In this document: positions 21,060 to 29,732 of the stretch, one piece after another
Position numbering within the stretch: the first letter of the stretch is position 1
Layout of the letters: each line of letters starts with the position of its first letter
Virus record (IMG/VR): IMGVR_UViG_3300013383_000024
Span: 35,392 to 99,391 of that record
Length of the DNA stretch: 64,000 nt
Source of the DNA: a virus
Taxonomy: Duplodnaviria; Caudoviricetes
Strand: one strand, 5' to 3'
Notes under the pieces: model-generated
What the model saw: the letters and a program-made list of their open reading frames with translations, nothing else
What the model was told of the DNA's origin: nothing
Database searches by the model: none
Position numbers and translations under genes: made by a program

Positions 21060-22508
21060 ATGGCAACACCAGTCGTAGGTACACTAAACAGTATCACTCG
21101 CGAGCAGATATATAAAGGCTTATACAGCTCCGATCAAACTATAAAGTTTAGCGCCAGTCAATCTGGATATTTATACGTATATTCTCAAAGAGACCAAAAA
21201 TGGTACAAGAAAACAACATCTAAATCAACTTCAGGTTCTATTATAATTGACAAGAATGCTTCTGCAACAAGTTTGGCTACGGGATACAGCTGTGCCTTAG
21301 TAACAAACGATATTGGGAGCTATTATTCCGGCGGTCTAGACCCATATCGAATTGTCACCATTCCAACTTACGCCTTCCAAGGGTATGTTAATTCGTTTAC
21401 TCCGACCGAAATAAACAGCTCGGATTATTCAACACCTACACCAAAAACCGCACCGAGCGGATATACTTTCTATGGATGGACAGGCAGTAGTTCGGTTGTC
21501 ACCACTGTAGGTTGTCCAGCAGGAACGGCCTGGACAGACTCTACCCGTGGTGGCAAGTGGTTAGATGGCGGCATTTGGTATGCTGTATTTAAAAAACCCG
21601 GATCTACAACTTCAGTCACCCTTAAATCGCAAGGCACGACTAAAACTGCCTCTAAAACAACGACCGATGCCTATATCGGTGGTGTAGGGACGACTACGTC
21701 CGGAGGTACTACTTCATATACGAATAATACCGATCCGACCTATGGCAGCTACAGTTTTCAGGGCTGGGCTACAAGCTCTACATCGACCTCTACAACATAC
21801 AGCACCGCAAAACAGGCATTAGATGCCGGATATACGGGAACTCTATATGCTGTATTTTATAAGAGTTTCCCGTCAAGCAGTGTTACACTGAACGCAAACG
21901 GAGGCAGTTGTTCTTATTCATCTGCCAGCAAATCAACAACCCCTGAATATCTTTACGGAACCAGCGGTACATCAGGGGGAGATGATAGCTACTACCCTTC
22001 CTTTTCTGTAATACCTAGTCGTAGTGGATACGAGTTCAAAGGGTGGTCAACCAGCCCTTCTGCTACATACGTGACTTACGGCAGCTCCATTACAGCATTG
22101 GACGCAGGTTATACTGGCACTCTCTACGCCGTTTGGGACGAAGAAACCTACACCGCTTATTTTAGTGCTAACGGAGGCAGCGGCTCTGTATCCAGCAGAT
22201 CGGCAACTTACGATTCCGCCTTTACATTCCCGTCGGGCGGCAGCTTGTATTTAGACGGGTATGAATTTCAAGGATGGTCAACGGACAGCAGTGGCTCAGG
22301 AATTATCTACGGAGCCGGTGAAAGGTGGGTATGGTCGTGGACAGAAGATATGATATTTTATGCTGTGTGGGTAGAAGTACCAAGAGGGGTAAGAATTTTT
22401 ACTTCTTCAACATCGAGCGGCTTGTATTCCGTCTATATTTATAATGGTAGCTCATGGGTGCTCTACGCGCCATACGTCTATGATGGTGGTTGGAGGGAGA
22501 TGGGATAG
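21060..22508 (+). CDS. InlB B-repeat (Flg_new) adhesion protein
   Basis: Four GYxFxGW...YAV[FW] repeats; Ser/Thr-rich. Confidence 0.7.
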   Translation: MATPVVGTLNSITREQIYKGLYSSDQTIKFSASQSGYLYVYSQRDQKWYKKTTSKSTSGSIIIDKNASATSLATGYSCALVTNDIGSYYSGGLDPYRIVTIPTYAFQGYVNSFTPTEINSSDYSTPTPKTAPSGYTFYGWTGSSSVVTTVGCPAGTAWTDSTRGGKWLDGGIWYAVFKKPGSTTSVTLKSQGTTKTASKTTTDAYIGGVGTTTSGGTTSYTNNTDPTYGSYSFQGWATSSTSTSTTYSTAKQALDAGYTGTLYAVFYKSFPSSSVTLNANGGSCSYSSASKSTTPEYLYGTSGTSGGDDSYYPSFSVIPSRSGYEFKGWSTSPSATYVTYGSSITALDAGYTGTLYAVWDEETYTAYFSANGGSGSVSSRSATYDSAFTFPSGGSLYLDGYEFQGWSTDSSGSGIIYGAGERWVWSWTEDMIFYAVWVEVPRGVRIFTSSTSSGLYSVYIYNGSSWVLYAPYVYDGGWREMG

Positions 22509-22547
22509 TGTTGATAGCTCAACAAATTTTATATGAGGTGACGCAAT

Positions 22548-22919
22548 GTGAATAGTACCTATAATTCACGGATCATCACAAAAACCGATACATATGCTAA
22601 TTGGACTGCTGCGAACCCCGTACTCCTTAACGGTGAGCTCGTCGCTGTAACCAACTGTAAATATAATGACGCAGATGACCTTGGAGTTCTTTTCAAATTC
22701 GGAGATGGAGTATCGAATTTCAACAGTCTCCCATTTATTAATGCAACGATAATTGATACGGTCTATCAATTAGTTCAACTTTACGGTGACCACGACACGG
22801 ATATAAAGTCGCTGCAAACACAGGTGCAGAACTCAGTTGTCGTTTATGTTGGTTCAGGTACTCCAACCACAGAAATCGGTAATGATGGTGATTTGTATAT
22901 AGATATCAGTTCGAGTTAA
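22548..22919 (+). CDS. Short Mtd-N-like adaptor protein
   Basis: DTYANWTAANPVLLNGE...KFGDG; C-terminal GNDGDLYI. Confidence 0.65.
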   Translation: MNSTYNSRIITKTDTYANWTAANPVLLNGELVAVTNCKYNDADDLGVLFKFGDGVSNFNSLPFINATIIDTVYQLVQLYGDHDTDIKSLQTQVQNSVVVYVGSGTPTTEIGNDGDLYIDISSS

Positions 22920-22930
22920 AGGAGAATGCT

Positions 22931-23188
22931 ATGAGTGAAATAGATGTTCTAACATATAGAGATTTCTCCGCAGGCTATACTGCAGGAGACGGCATGGCGA
23001 TACTCGATTCCGACACGACCGTGGACGAGCTTGTCAATTGGGTTTTCAGTGATAAGCCTCTGTGGTTCTACGACGGAGTCAAGTATCGCTTAATAATTCA
23101 ATTCGAAGCAATTGAGAATGGCGGCATCATTTATTACTTCGATGATGAGGGCAATATAGTCAGTCATCAATTTGGTGGTGAGAGCTAA
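22931..23188 (+). CDS. Hypothetical protein
   Basis: AAGGAG RBS; coupled to the next gene. Confidence 0.55.
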   Translation: MSEIDVLTYRDFSAGYTAGDGMAILDSDTTVDELVNWVFSDKPLWFYDGVKYRLIIQFEAIENGGIIYYFDDEGNIVSHQFGGES

Positions 23189-26031
23189 TGGCAACGATTG
23201 TTACCAAAAAACTCAGCATTAATGAAGATAATATAGAGAACTATTGCAGCGCAGATAACGTATCGTTTAGTGTTAGCGGCCACGCTTGGCGTAAATGGCT
23301 CAATGGCAGCACAGATGGCTATGTAATACTTAAAGATAACGGCAAGTCAGAGCTGTACCCGACAAGTACAGCTCACCCGTTCAAAGCAGATTCCACAATG
23401 TCTGCATCTCGCTCTGCGGGCACTTGCACCGTCGACCTACAATTTGCAGGAACTAAAGTTCACGAGGAATCATACACGTCAGGCTCTCAAACGAGCAAGT
23501 CAAAGCAGAATATAACCGATAGCGCTGTGACCAATAGCACCAGGGCGACAGAAATCAAATGGCACGTCTACGGCAAAAACGGAGACAACCAACGCGGTGA
23601 TTTGATCGAGCTGACTCTGTACTTCAATCAGTACAGCGCTCAGGCATTGATCGGTGACGGCGCTAACGGTATTCAATCGGTTAGTGTATCGAATGTTTCA
23701 CCTTACTACGGTGACACTATCGCTTTTGGTATTAAGATGGTGCAAGGTGCGACATTCGATGGCTGGTATAGCGATTCCGCCTGTACTCAGTTAGTAAGTG
23801 CTGAGACTACTTATTCAATGGCTCCGACCGCCGATGTGATACTCTATGCTAAAGCCACTACAGATGCTACTTTGTATAATGTAAGTGCAATTGCAGGAGC
23901 AGAAATTGCAAGCGTAAGTGTGAGTGATAGTATCGTTCCCGAGGGCGGCACAGCTACATTTACTGCTCAGGTCAATGAGGGATGCTCTTTTGAAGCGTGG
24001 TATTCGGATGATACATGCACCACGGTTGTGAGCACAGAGAATCCTTATACTGCGACTATAACTGCTGATACTACGCTATACGCTAAGGCACATAGGAACA
24101 GCCTCAGTATGTCTGTGGGCACTGCTGAACATGGTACTGCGACTGTCAGCGCTACGACCGTTGTTTGGGGCAACGACGTTACTTTTACGTTTACGCCCGA
24201 AGATGAGACGTGGGAGCTGTATGGGTGGTATTCTGATGAAGGGTTGACGCAGCTTGTTAGTGAAGAAAATCCGTATACGTTTACGGCTACTGAGAATGTG
24301 ACGCTATATCCGAAGGTGGGTGCTAAACGATATACAATTACACTTAAACGTAATCTATATATAGGCAGTGGTATAACACATAATTTGACTATTGCTTCGT
24401 TGTATGAAGATCAATTAACAGATACAGAACGGAAGTATATTAAAACCGGAGAATTTAGTAAAATTGATCAAACAAAAATATTTGATATAACAACAGTTAA
24501 GGGTAATGATATGATTAGTATCATTACTGCAACATTAAAAGCACCAAAAAATTTATTATGTGTTTTATATCATACAATGTCGGGTTTTGGCAGTGCAACT
24601 TATTATACATCAGGATTTGCTCTTAATAAGGACCCCGGAAAAGATTCTGATGGGATGCAAGATAAAGTAACGGACCCTTCCGTCGTTTGTGCATGGAACT
24701 ATTATTCATTTTATCCTACTGCCGCAGATACTTACTATGTAATAGTAGGATATACATGTGATTGTTTTGCTATTGCTAAAGATGGCATTGCTGATGTTTC
24801 CGTCCCACTTCGCGTAATGCAATACGCTAAAGCTCCATTTAGTGCTGAGCTCTCCCCGGGCTATGCATTCACAGGGTGGTATTCTGATGATGCTTGCACT
24901 AAATTAGTAACAACTGATAATCCTGCTCAGATAACATGCCCATCTTATACGGGCGATTCAGTGTCTTCTACTTCCCTCACCCTCTACGCCAAAGCCGCTA
25001 AAGCAACTTACTCCATCGGTGTAGGAGCAGCAGAACATTGCACAGCTTCTGTGAGTGCTGCTACAGCTCAGTATGGAGATGAGGTAATATTTAGCTGCGT
25101 AGTTGACGAGGGGTATGAGTTCAAGGGTTGGTACTCCGACGAGGGGCTGACTCAACTTGTGAGTGAGAGTGCAGAGTATGTGCATAGTGTGACGGGAGAT
25201 GTTACGCTGTGGGCGAAGGTGGAGTTAATACAATATACTATTACACTTACACGGCCAGGGAAAATACTACAGCAATTTAACCCTTCACTCAAATTAGCTG
25301 TAATTAATTATGCGGCGCTGACAAGAGAGGAAATAAACCAGCTAAAAACAGGGGACTATGATAAGATTGAGCAGTCAAAAGTTCTCAAAACTGCGAAAGC
25401 TTCTGGTTTGGGAGGTTCTGATGTAATCGCCAAAATCGAGTGCCCATATGGTCTGTATGTGGCTATGCATGTGTCGTTTAATATTCCTGCCAACAACACC
25501 TCAAAATATACTCAACCATACATTAACGACACTACCTGGTGGCCGTATTATTGGTACGCTCCTACTGGCGATGAGAATTTCACAGTTGGAGAATCGGGCT
25601 ACCGTTGTGATTGTACGGCGCTTCCTCTTGGCGGCATAGAATATGTGGATGTTACGACTCCTGTTGTCCAGACGAAGAAAGCTATTTTTACTGCCGAAGT
25701 TAAGCCCGGACACAAATTCGATGCTTGGTATTCAGATGAAACATGCACCATAAAAGTGTCTACCGATAATCCTGCTACAGTTACCACACCTCAAGGTGAG
25801 TTGATTAACGACTTGTACAACCAATACGGTCTCGCTTCTCTTACACTTTATGCGAAAGCAATATCCACTACCGCCTCAGCTACAGGCATCTCCCTCAAAC
25901 GCAACAGTTCTTGGTCAGAAGCAAAATCGGTGTATAGGAAGGTTAGTGACACCTGGGTAGCCGATACCGACTACTGCAAAACCCTATTATCTCAAAAAGA
26001 CCGCATAGGTACTTTTGTTCATATCGTGTAA
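23188..26031 (+). CDS. Multi-repeat InlB-B/Flg_new adhesion protein
   Basis: Six GWYSD/AWYSD...TLYAK repeats and two paralogous insert domains. Confidence 0.75.
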   Translation: MATIVTKKLSINEDNIENYCSADNVSFSVSGHAWRKWLNGSTDGYVILKDNGKSELYPTSTAHPFKADSTMSASRSAGTCTVDLQFAGTKVHEESYTSGSQTSKSKQNITDSAVTNSTRATEIKWHVYGKNGDNQRGDLIELTLYFNQYSAQALIGDGANGIQSVSVSNVSPYYGDTIAFGIKMVQGATFDGWYSDSACTQLVSAETTYSMAPTADVILYAKATTDATLYNVSAIAGAEIASVSVSDSIVPEGGTATFTAQVNEGCSFEAWYSDDTCTTVVSTENPYTATITADTTLYAKAHRNSLSMSVGTAEHGTATVSATTVVWGNDVTFTFTPEDETWELYGWYSDEGLTQLVSEENPYTFTATENVTLYPKVGAKRYTITLKRNLYIGSGITHNLTIASLYEDQLTDTERKYIKTGEFSKIDQTKIFDITTVKGNDMISIITATLKAPKNLLCVLYHTMSGFGSATYYTSGFALNKDPGKDSDGMQDKVTDPSVVCAWNYYSFYPTAADTYYVIVGYTCDCFAIAKDGIADVSVPLRVMQYAKAPFSAELSPGYAFTGWYSDDACTKLVTTDNPAQITCPSYTGDSVSSTSLTLYAKAAKATYSIGVGAAEHCTASVSAATAQYGDEVIFSCVVDEGYEFKGWYSDEGLTQLVSESAEYVHSVTGDVTLWAKVELIQYTITLTRPGKILQQFNPSLKLAVINYAALTREEINQLKTGDYDKIEQSKVLKTAKASGLGGSDVIAKIECPYGLYVAMHVSFNIPANNTSKYTQPYINDTTWWPYYWYAPTGDENFTVGESGYRCDCTALPLGGIEYVDVTTPVVQTKKAIFTAEVKPGHKFDAWYSDETCTIKVSTDNPATVTTPQGELINDLYNQYGLASLTLYAKAISTTASATGISLKRNSSWSEAKSVYRKVSDTWVADTDYCKTLLSQKDRIGTFVHIV

Positions 26032-26036
26032 AAAAA

Positions 26037-26064
26037 AAGACCGCATCATTACGATGCGGTCTTA
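26037..26064. terminator. Hairpin with flanking A tract
   Basis: aagaccgcatc-attac-gatgcggtctt. Confidence 0.55.
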
Positions 26065-26084
26065 CTTGATGAAAGGAGAAATTT

Positions 26085-26375
26085 ATGGCTCTGCCTAAAT
26101 ATGAAAATATTATCGCCAAGGATAACTATCTCGCCGATAGCGAAACCGGCAACAAGGTTGTGTTCTACGAATGCGACCCCAAGAAAAACTGCGAGTGTGC
26201 CGATAAAGGTATGTGCAATCCCTTGTCTGCTGAAGACAGTCGTGGTGTAGGCGGCTGTTCCAAAACCGTTAACCCCGCATTCCGCAAGGACGGCGGACGT
26301 TGTTGGTTTGCAGTTCTGAAGACTCCTGAGGACGGTGAGCCTTACTGGGGCCGCGAATACATAGAGGAGGCATAG
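26085..26375 (+). CDS. Small Cys-rich hypothetical protein
   Basis: GAAAGGAG RBS; YECDPKKNCEC...C...C. Confidence 0.6.
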   Translation: MALPKYENIIAKDNYLADSETGNKVVFYECDPKKNCECADKGMCNPLSAEDSRGVGGCSKTVNPAFRKDGGRCWFAVLKTPEDGEPYWGREYIEEA

Positions 26376-26378
26376 GTT

Positions 26379-27302
26379 ATGGCTCTGTTTAAAAATGCCG
26401 CAGAGGCAGTTAAGTACGCTGAAAGCCATATGGTCGTGCAGTACGCCACCAATAGTGATTGTTACCGCTCGGGCAGAAATATCACTCCTAACGGCTGCGT
26501 TAATCACTCCATTGGAGTTGCTCAGCCGAACGCAAAAGTTATATATAACATGATGAATCGCTCCGGCGCAGGCTGGGGCGTTAATGCTATTCTCGGAGAC
26601 TTCCATACAGGCGAAGGCAAAATCATTCTCGCTATGCCATTGCAGAGGCGGCCTTGGGGATGCGCATCAGGCTGGAACGGCAGTTGGAATAACTCACGTA
26701 TACAGTGGGAAGTTTGTGAGCCTGCCGGTCATACATATGCCGGTGGCACTATGATCAATTACAATGTAGCTAATAATGCCGGATACTTTGAGCGCATGTG
26801 GAAGCTGCTCGTCGCGTGGAATGTGTATTGCTGCGTGAAGCTCGGATACAACTCCAAGACAATTGCAGATCACGCGGAGAGTTACAGAGCCGGATATGGC
26901 TCTAACCATAGTGATATGGGACAGTGGCTGCCTAAGCACGGCAAGAGTATGGATGCTCTCCGTCGTGAGGTGCAGGCTATTTTAGATTCTAAGGAGGACG
27001 AAGAAGTGACTCAGGCTGAATTTGATAAGATGTTTAATACTCATATGGCGGCTCTCGCTACTAACAACGGCAGCACATGGAGTGAAGCTGCTCGCAAGTG
27101 GGCAGTCGAAACAGGTGTATGTGCCGGTGATGGTAAAGGCGGCTACAGCTGGCCTATGTATGTCACCCGTGAGCAGATGGTACAGTTCCTTTATAATCTG
27201 AACGAAAAGGTTATTAAGAACATCTCTGCTCCCGGTGTAGATAAAGAGGCGCTCGCCAAAGATGTAATCAAGACGATCGCCGATACTTTACAGGAGGTGT
27301 AA
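26379..27302 (+). CDS. Endolysin: N-acetylmuramoyl-L-alanine amidase (Amidase_2) with SLH-like C-terminal domain
   Basis: NHS...WEVCE...H...SNHSD Zn motifs; WSEAARKWAVETG...TREQM SLH-like motif. Confidence 0.85.
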   Translation: MALFKNAAEAVKYAESHMVVQYATNSDCYRSGRNITPNGCVNHSIGVAQPNAKVIYNMMNRSGAGWGVNAILGDFHTGEGKIILAMPLQRRPWGCASGWNGSWNNSRIQWEVCEPAGHTYAGGTMINYNVANNAGYFERMWKLLVAWNVYCCVKLGYNSKTIADHAESYRAGYGSNHSDMGQWLPKHGKSMDALRREVQAILDSKEDEEVTQAEFDKMFNTHMAALATNNGSTWSEAARKWAVETGVCAGDGKGGYSWPMYVTREQMVQFLYNLNEKVIKNISAPGVDKEALAKDVIKTIADTLQEV

Positions 27303-27305
27303 GTT

Positions 27306-27512
27306 ATGAAAGATTGGATGGTAAGAGCGATTAAAACATTCATTCAGGCAGCAGGTTCTTTCGTGATTGCCGACATCGCAGTTATCAACAATGCCCTGCT
27401 CGACTGGAATACCGGTAAGCACGCACTGGCGACCTTGCTTGTTGGTGCTCTTGCGGCAGGTATTTGTGCGGCTTGGAATATCATAGATGAGCATCTGACC
27501 GCTAACAAATAA
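27306..27512 (+). CDS. Holin-like membrane protein
   Basis: RAIKTFIQA N-terminus, two hydrophobic helices, adjacent to the endolysin. Confidence 0.75.
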   Translation: MKDWMVRAIKTFIQAAGSFVIADIAVINNALLDWNTGKHALATLLVGALAAGICAAWNIIDEHLTANK

Positions 27513-27528
27513 GTAAGGAGGTCAGCTC

Positions 27529-27933
27529 ATGACCGACACAGATATTAAAAAGCTGGCCGAAGTGGATCAGCGGTCGAGGTCTAATGAACACAGATTGGAT
27601 AACCTCGAAGACAATGTCGCTGATCTACGGAAGGAACAAAGTGCTATCTATCAACTTGCCGCTTCTGTTCAGGTGATTGCCGAGCAGACCAAGACGACAA
27701 GCGCAGACGTTAAGTTACTCAGCGCTAAAATTGATGAGCAAGGCAAAAAGATAGATAAGCAGGACAAAGATAGAGTAAGTGCAGAAAAAGCACTTGAGGA
27801 CAAGATAGTTGCGGTTCAGAGCGCACCGGCAGTTGAGAAAGCGGATACTCTTGATAAGGTTAGAGTAGCTGTTATAACTGCGGTGTGTTCGGGTATAGCG
27901 ACATTGATACTGGGTAAATTGCTTGGTATGTAA
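27529..27933 (+). CDS. XhlA/hemolysin-like holin accessory protein
   Basis: RSRSNEHRLDNLE motif, coiled coil and C-terminal TM helix. Confidence 0.7.
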   Translation: MTDTDIKKLAEVDQRSRSNEHRLDNLEDNVADLRKEQSAIYQLAASVQVIAEQTKTTSADVKLLSAKIDEQGKKIDKQDKDRVSAEKALEDKIVAVQSAPAVEKADTLDKVRVAVITAVCSGIATLILGKLLGM

Positions 27934-27995
27934 TCTGAGATGTGTGGGTGTTATCTCAGGTTGTGATTAAGCAAATCAGGATTAGAAAATAATAA

Positions 27996-28021
27996 AGGCG
28001 GAGCGCATTTGCGCTCCGCCT
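27996..28021. repeat. 26-bp palindromic hairpin, copy 1 (lysis-module terminator)
   Basis: aggcggagcgcatttgcgctccgcct, identical to 29495..29520. Confidence 0.9.
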
Positions 28022-28038
28022 ACTTTATATGAGATGCA

Positions 28039-28067
28039 TTGACATTCTATTTAGTTTGTGATAATAT
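28039..28067 (+). promoter_or_regulatory. SigA-type promoter of the kinase cassette
   Basis: TTGACA, 17-bp spacer ending TGa, TAATAT. Confidence 0.7.
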
Positions 28068-28115
28068 GTAACTAAATTAATTTCATTACATATATCTGAA
28101 ATGAGGTGATACGTT

Positions 28116-28688
28116 ATGACAGACTACAGGCAACTTTGTATAGACCTGTTTGGAACAGATGATGAAGATGAAATTCGCAAAATTGCCGCAGAAAAGAACG
28201 CTCGTAATGCCGGGCGAAAGAAAAAGTTTACTCAGCAAGATATCGATGACATGGCAGAGATGCGTTCTCGCGGAGTTACGCTTAAGGATATAGCTGTATC
28301 TTACGACACATCGAGACAGGTTATCAGCAGGTATCTCAATAACGCCCCCGAACCTGGATACACCATGCGTATGGTTTATATGTATAACGCCACGCCTTGT
28401 TCCGATATAGATGTCAATTTCCTCGACAGAAAAATTAGAGTTCGCAATTATACCGATGACCCCCTGCATCGAGCCTTTGGTGTGCTTACTGACCCTACAT
28501 GGAATGATTTTGAGGACTTCCTTGAATACCGCTGTTTCCCTAATACTAGAGGCGATGCTAAGAGGCTTCTTAACCAACTGGGTGTCGATAGCTATGACCC
28601 ATTACAAATAATCGAAAAGACACGCGGCAAAATAACTGACGATAACATGTGGATAAAGGTGAAATACTATGACCGTGGAAACATTTGA
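28116..28688 (+). CDS. HTH domain fused to a HipA N-terminal (HipS-like) domain; putative antitoxin/regulator
   Basis: NAGRKKKF...TLKDIAVSYDTSRQVISRYL HTH; FLEYRCFPNTR...DDNMWIK resembles the HipA N-terminal subdomain. Confidence 0.6.
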   Translation: MTDYRQLCIDLFGTDDEDEIRKIAAEKNARNAGRKKKFTQQDIDDMAEMRSRGVTLKDIAVSYDTSRQVISRYLNNAPEPGYTMRMVYMYNATPCSDIDVNFLDRKIRVRNYTDDPLHRAFGVLTDPTWNDFEDFLEYRCFPNTRGDAKRLLNQLGVDSYDPLQIIEKTRGKITDDNMWIKVKYYDRGNI

Positions 28689-29490
28689 TTTTAATCGTTT
28701 TTCAAGAATTCACACAGAGGAGCATTCCTCTAAAGGCGATCAGCCAAAATGGTATTTAGGTGGCAAATGGTATAAGGCTGATCAAATGGGATACGAATCC
28801 TTGGCTGAGGTCGTCATATCTCACTTATTGAAGAAATCCAATATTGCCGATTATGTGTTATATGAGCCTGTAATTATTAAACACTCCGACAATGAATCCG
28901 TTGGATGTGTAAGCAATAATTTCAAAGAACACCATGAGCAAATCATTCCCTTTGAGCGACTGCATCGAGTCTATAACGGAATTGGCTTAGCTAATGCTTT
29001 GGCAAAGTTCCCGACCGCGCAAGAAAAGATTATTTACACAGTACGCTTCATCGAGGGCATAGCCGGTCTAAAGAACGTCAGTCAGTATATTACAACTATA
29101 CTTGAATTAGATGCATTCTTTTTGAACGAAGATAGACATACGAATAACCTGGCCGTCATAAGAGACGAAGAAACTCATACTTTTCGCTTCTGCCCCATAT
29201 TCGATAATGGACTTGCATTACTCTCTGATATTCGCGACTATCCTCTTTCAGGCGATATATATGAAAGTATAAACAACGTAAAAGCTAAACCATTCGATAT
29301 GAGCTTCGACGAACAATTAATTGCTGCCGAGCAGCTTTATGGCTGTTGCGTGGAATTTAGTTTCACAAAACACGATGTCAACTCCATAATCTCAGAGATT
29401 CGTGATGTTTATGACGAACATCTTCTTAACCGCGTGGAGAGTATAATATACGAACAAATGAGAAAATATCCGATATATTTTAAAAAATAA
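28669..29490 (+). CDS. HipA/CtkA-like Ser/Thr kinase (C-terminal kinase domain only)
   Basis: SKGDQPKW P-loop, WYKAD, DAFFLNEDRHTNN catalytic loop, PIFDNG Mg-binding motif. Confidence 0.85.
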   Translation: MTVETFDFNRFSRIHTEEHSSKGDQPKWYLGGKWYKADQMGYESLAEVVISHLLKKSNIADYVLYEPVIIKHSDNESVGCVSNNFKEHHEQIIPFERLHRVYNGIGLANALAKFPTAQEKIIYTVRFIEGIAGLKNVSQYITTILELDAFFLNEDRHTNNLAVIRDEETHTFRFCPIFDNGLALLSDIRDYPLSGDIYESINNVKAKPFDMSFDEQLIAAEQLYGCCVEFSFTKHDVNSIISEIRDVYDEHLLNRVESIIYEQMRKYPIYFKK

Positions 29491-29494
29491 AAAC

Positions 29495-29520
29495 AGGCGG
29501 AGCGCATTTGCGCTCCGCCT
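29495..29520. repeat. 26-bp palindromic hairpin, copy 2 (cassette terminator)
   Basis: Identical to 27996..28021 and followed by ttt. Confidence 0.9.
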
Positions 29521-29638
29521 TTCTGTCAACATTTTATAACATCAAAACGTTAAAAGCAGGTTGTACATCATGCATAATATAACTTCCTTTTAGCGCTTTG
29601 GATTAGTTAATTTGCCTATCTTGGTTCGGGTGTGCTGC

Positions 29639-29696
29639 GTTTTAAGATGTTAAAAGTACACCGACCTCACTGGGTGTAGTTTTAACATCTTAAAAC
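29639..29696. other. Candidate attP site (long imperfect inverted repeat)
   Basis: 17-bp perfect arms gttttaagatgttaaaa/ttttaacatcttaaaac plus inner tacacc/ggtgta, lying just 3' of the integrase. Confidence 0.55.
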
Positions 29697-29732
29697 ACGA
29701 CCCCAGAACGGTTGTAACTTCCATCTTTTGTT

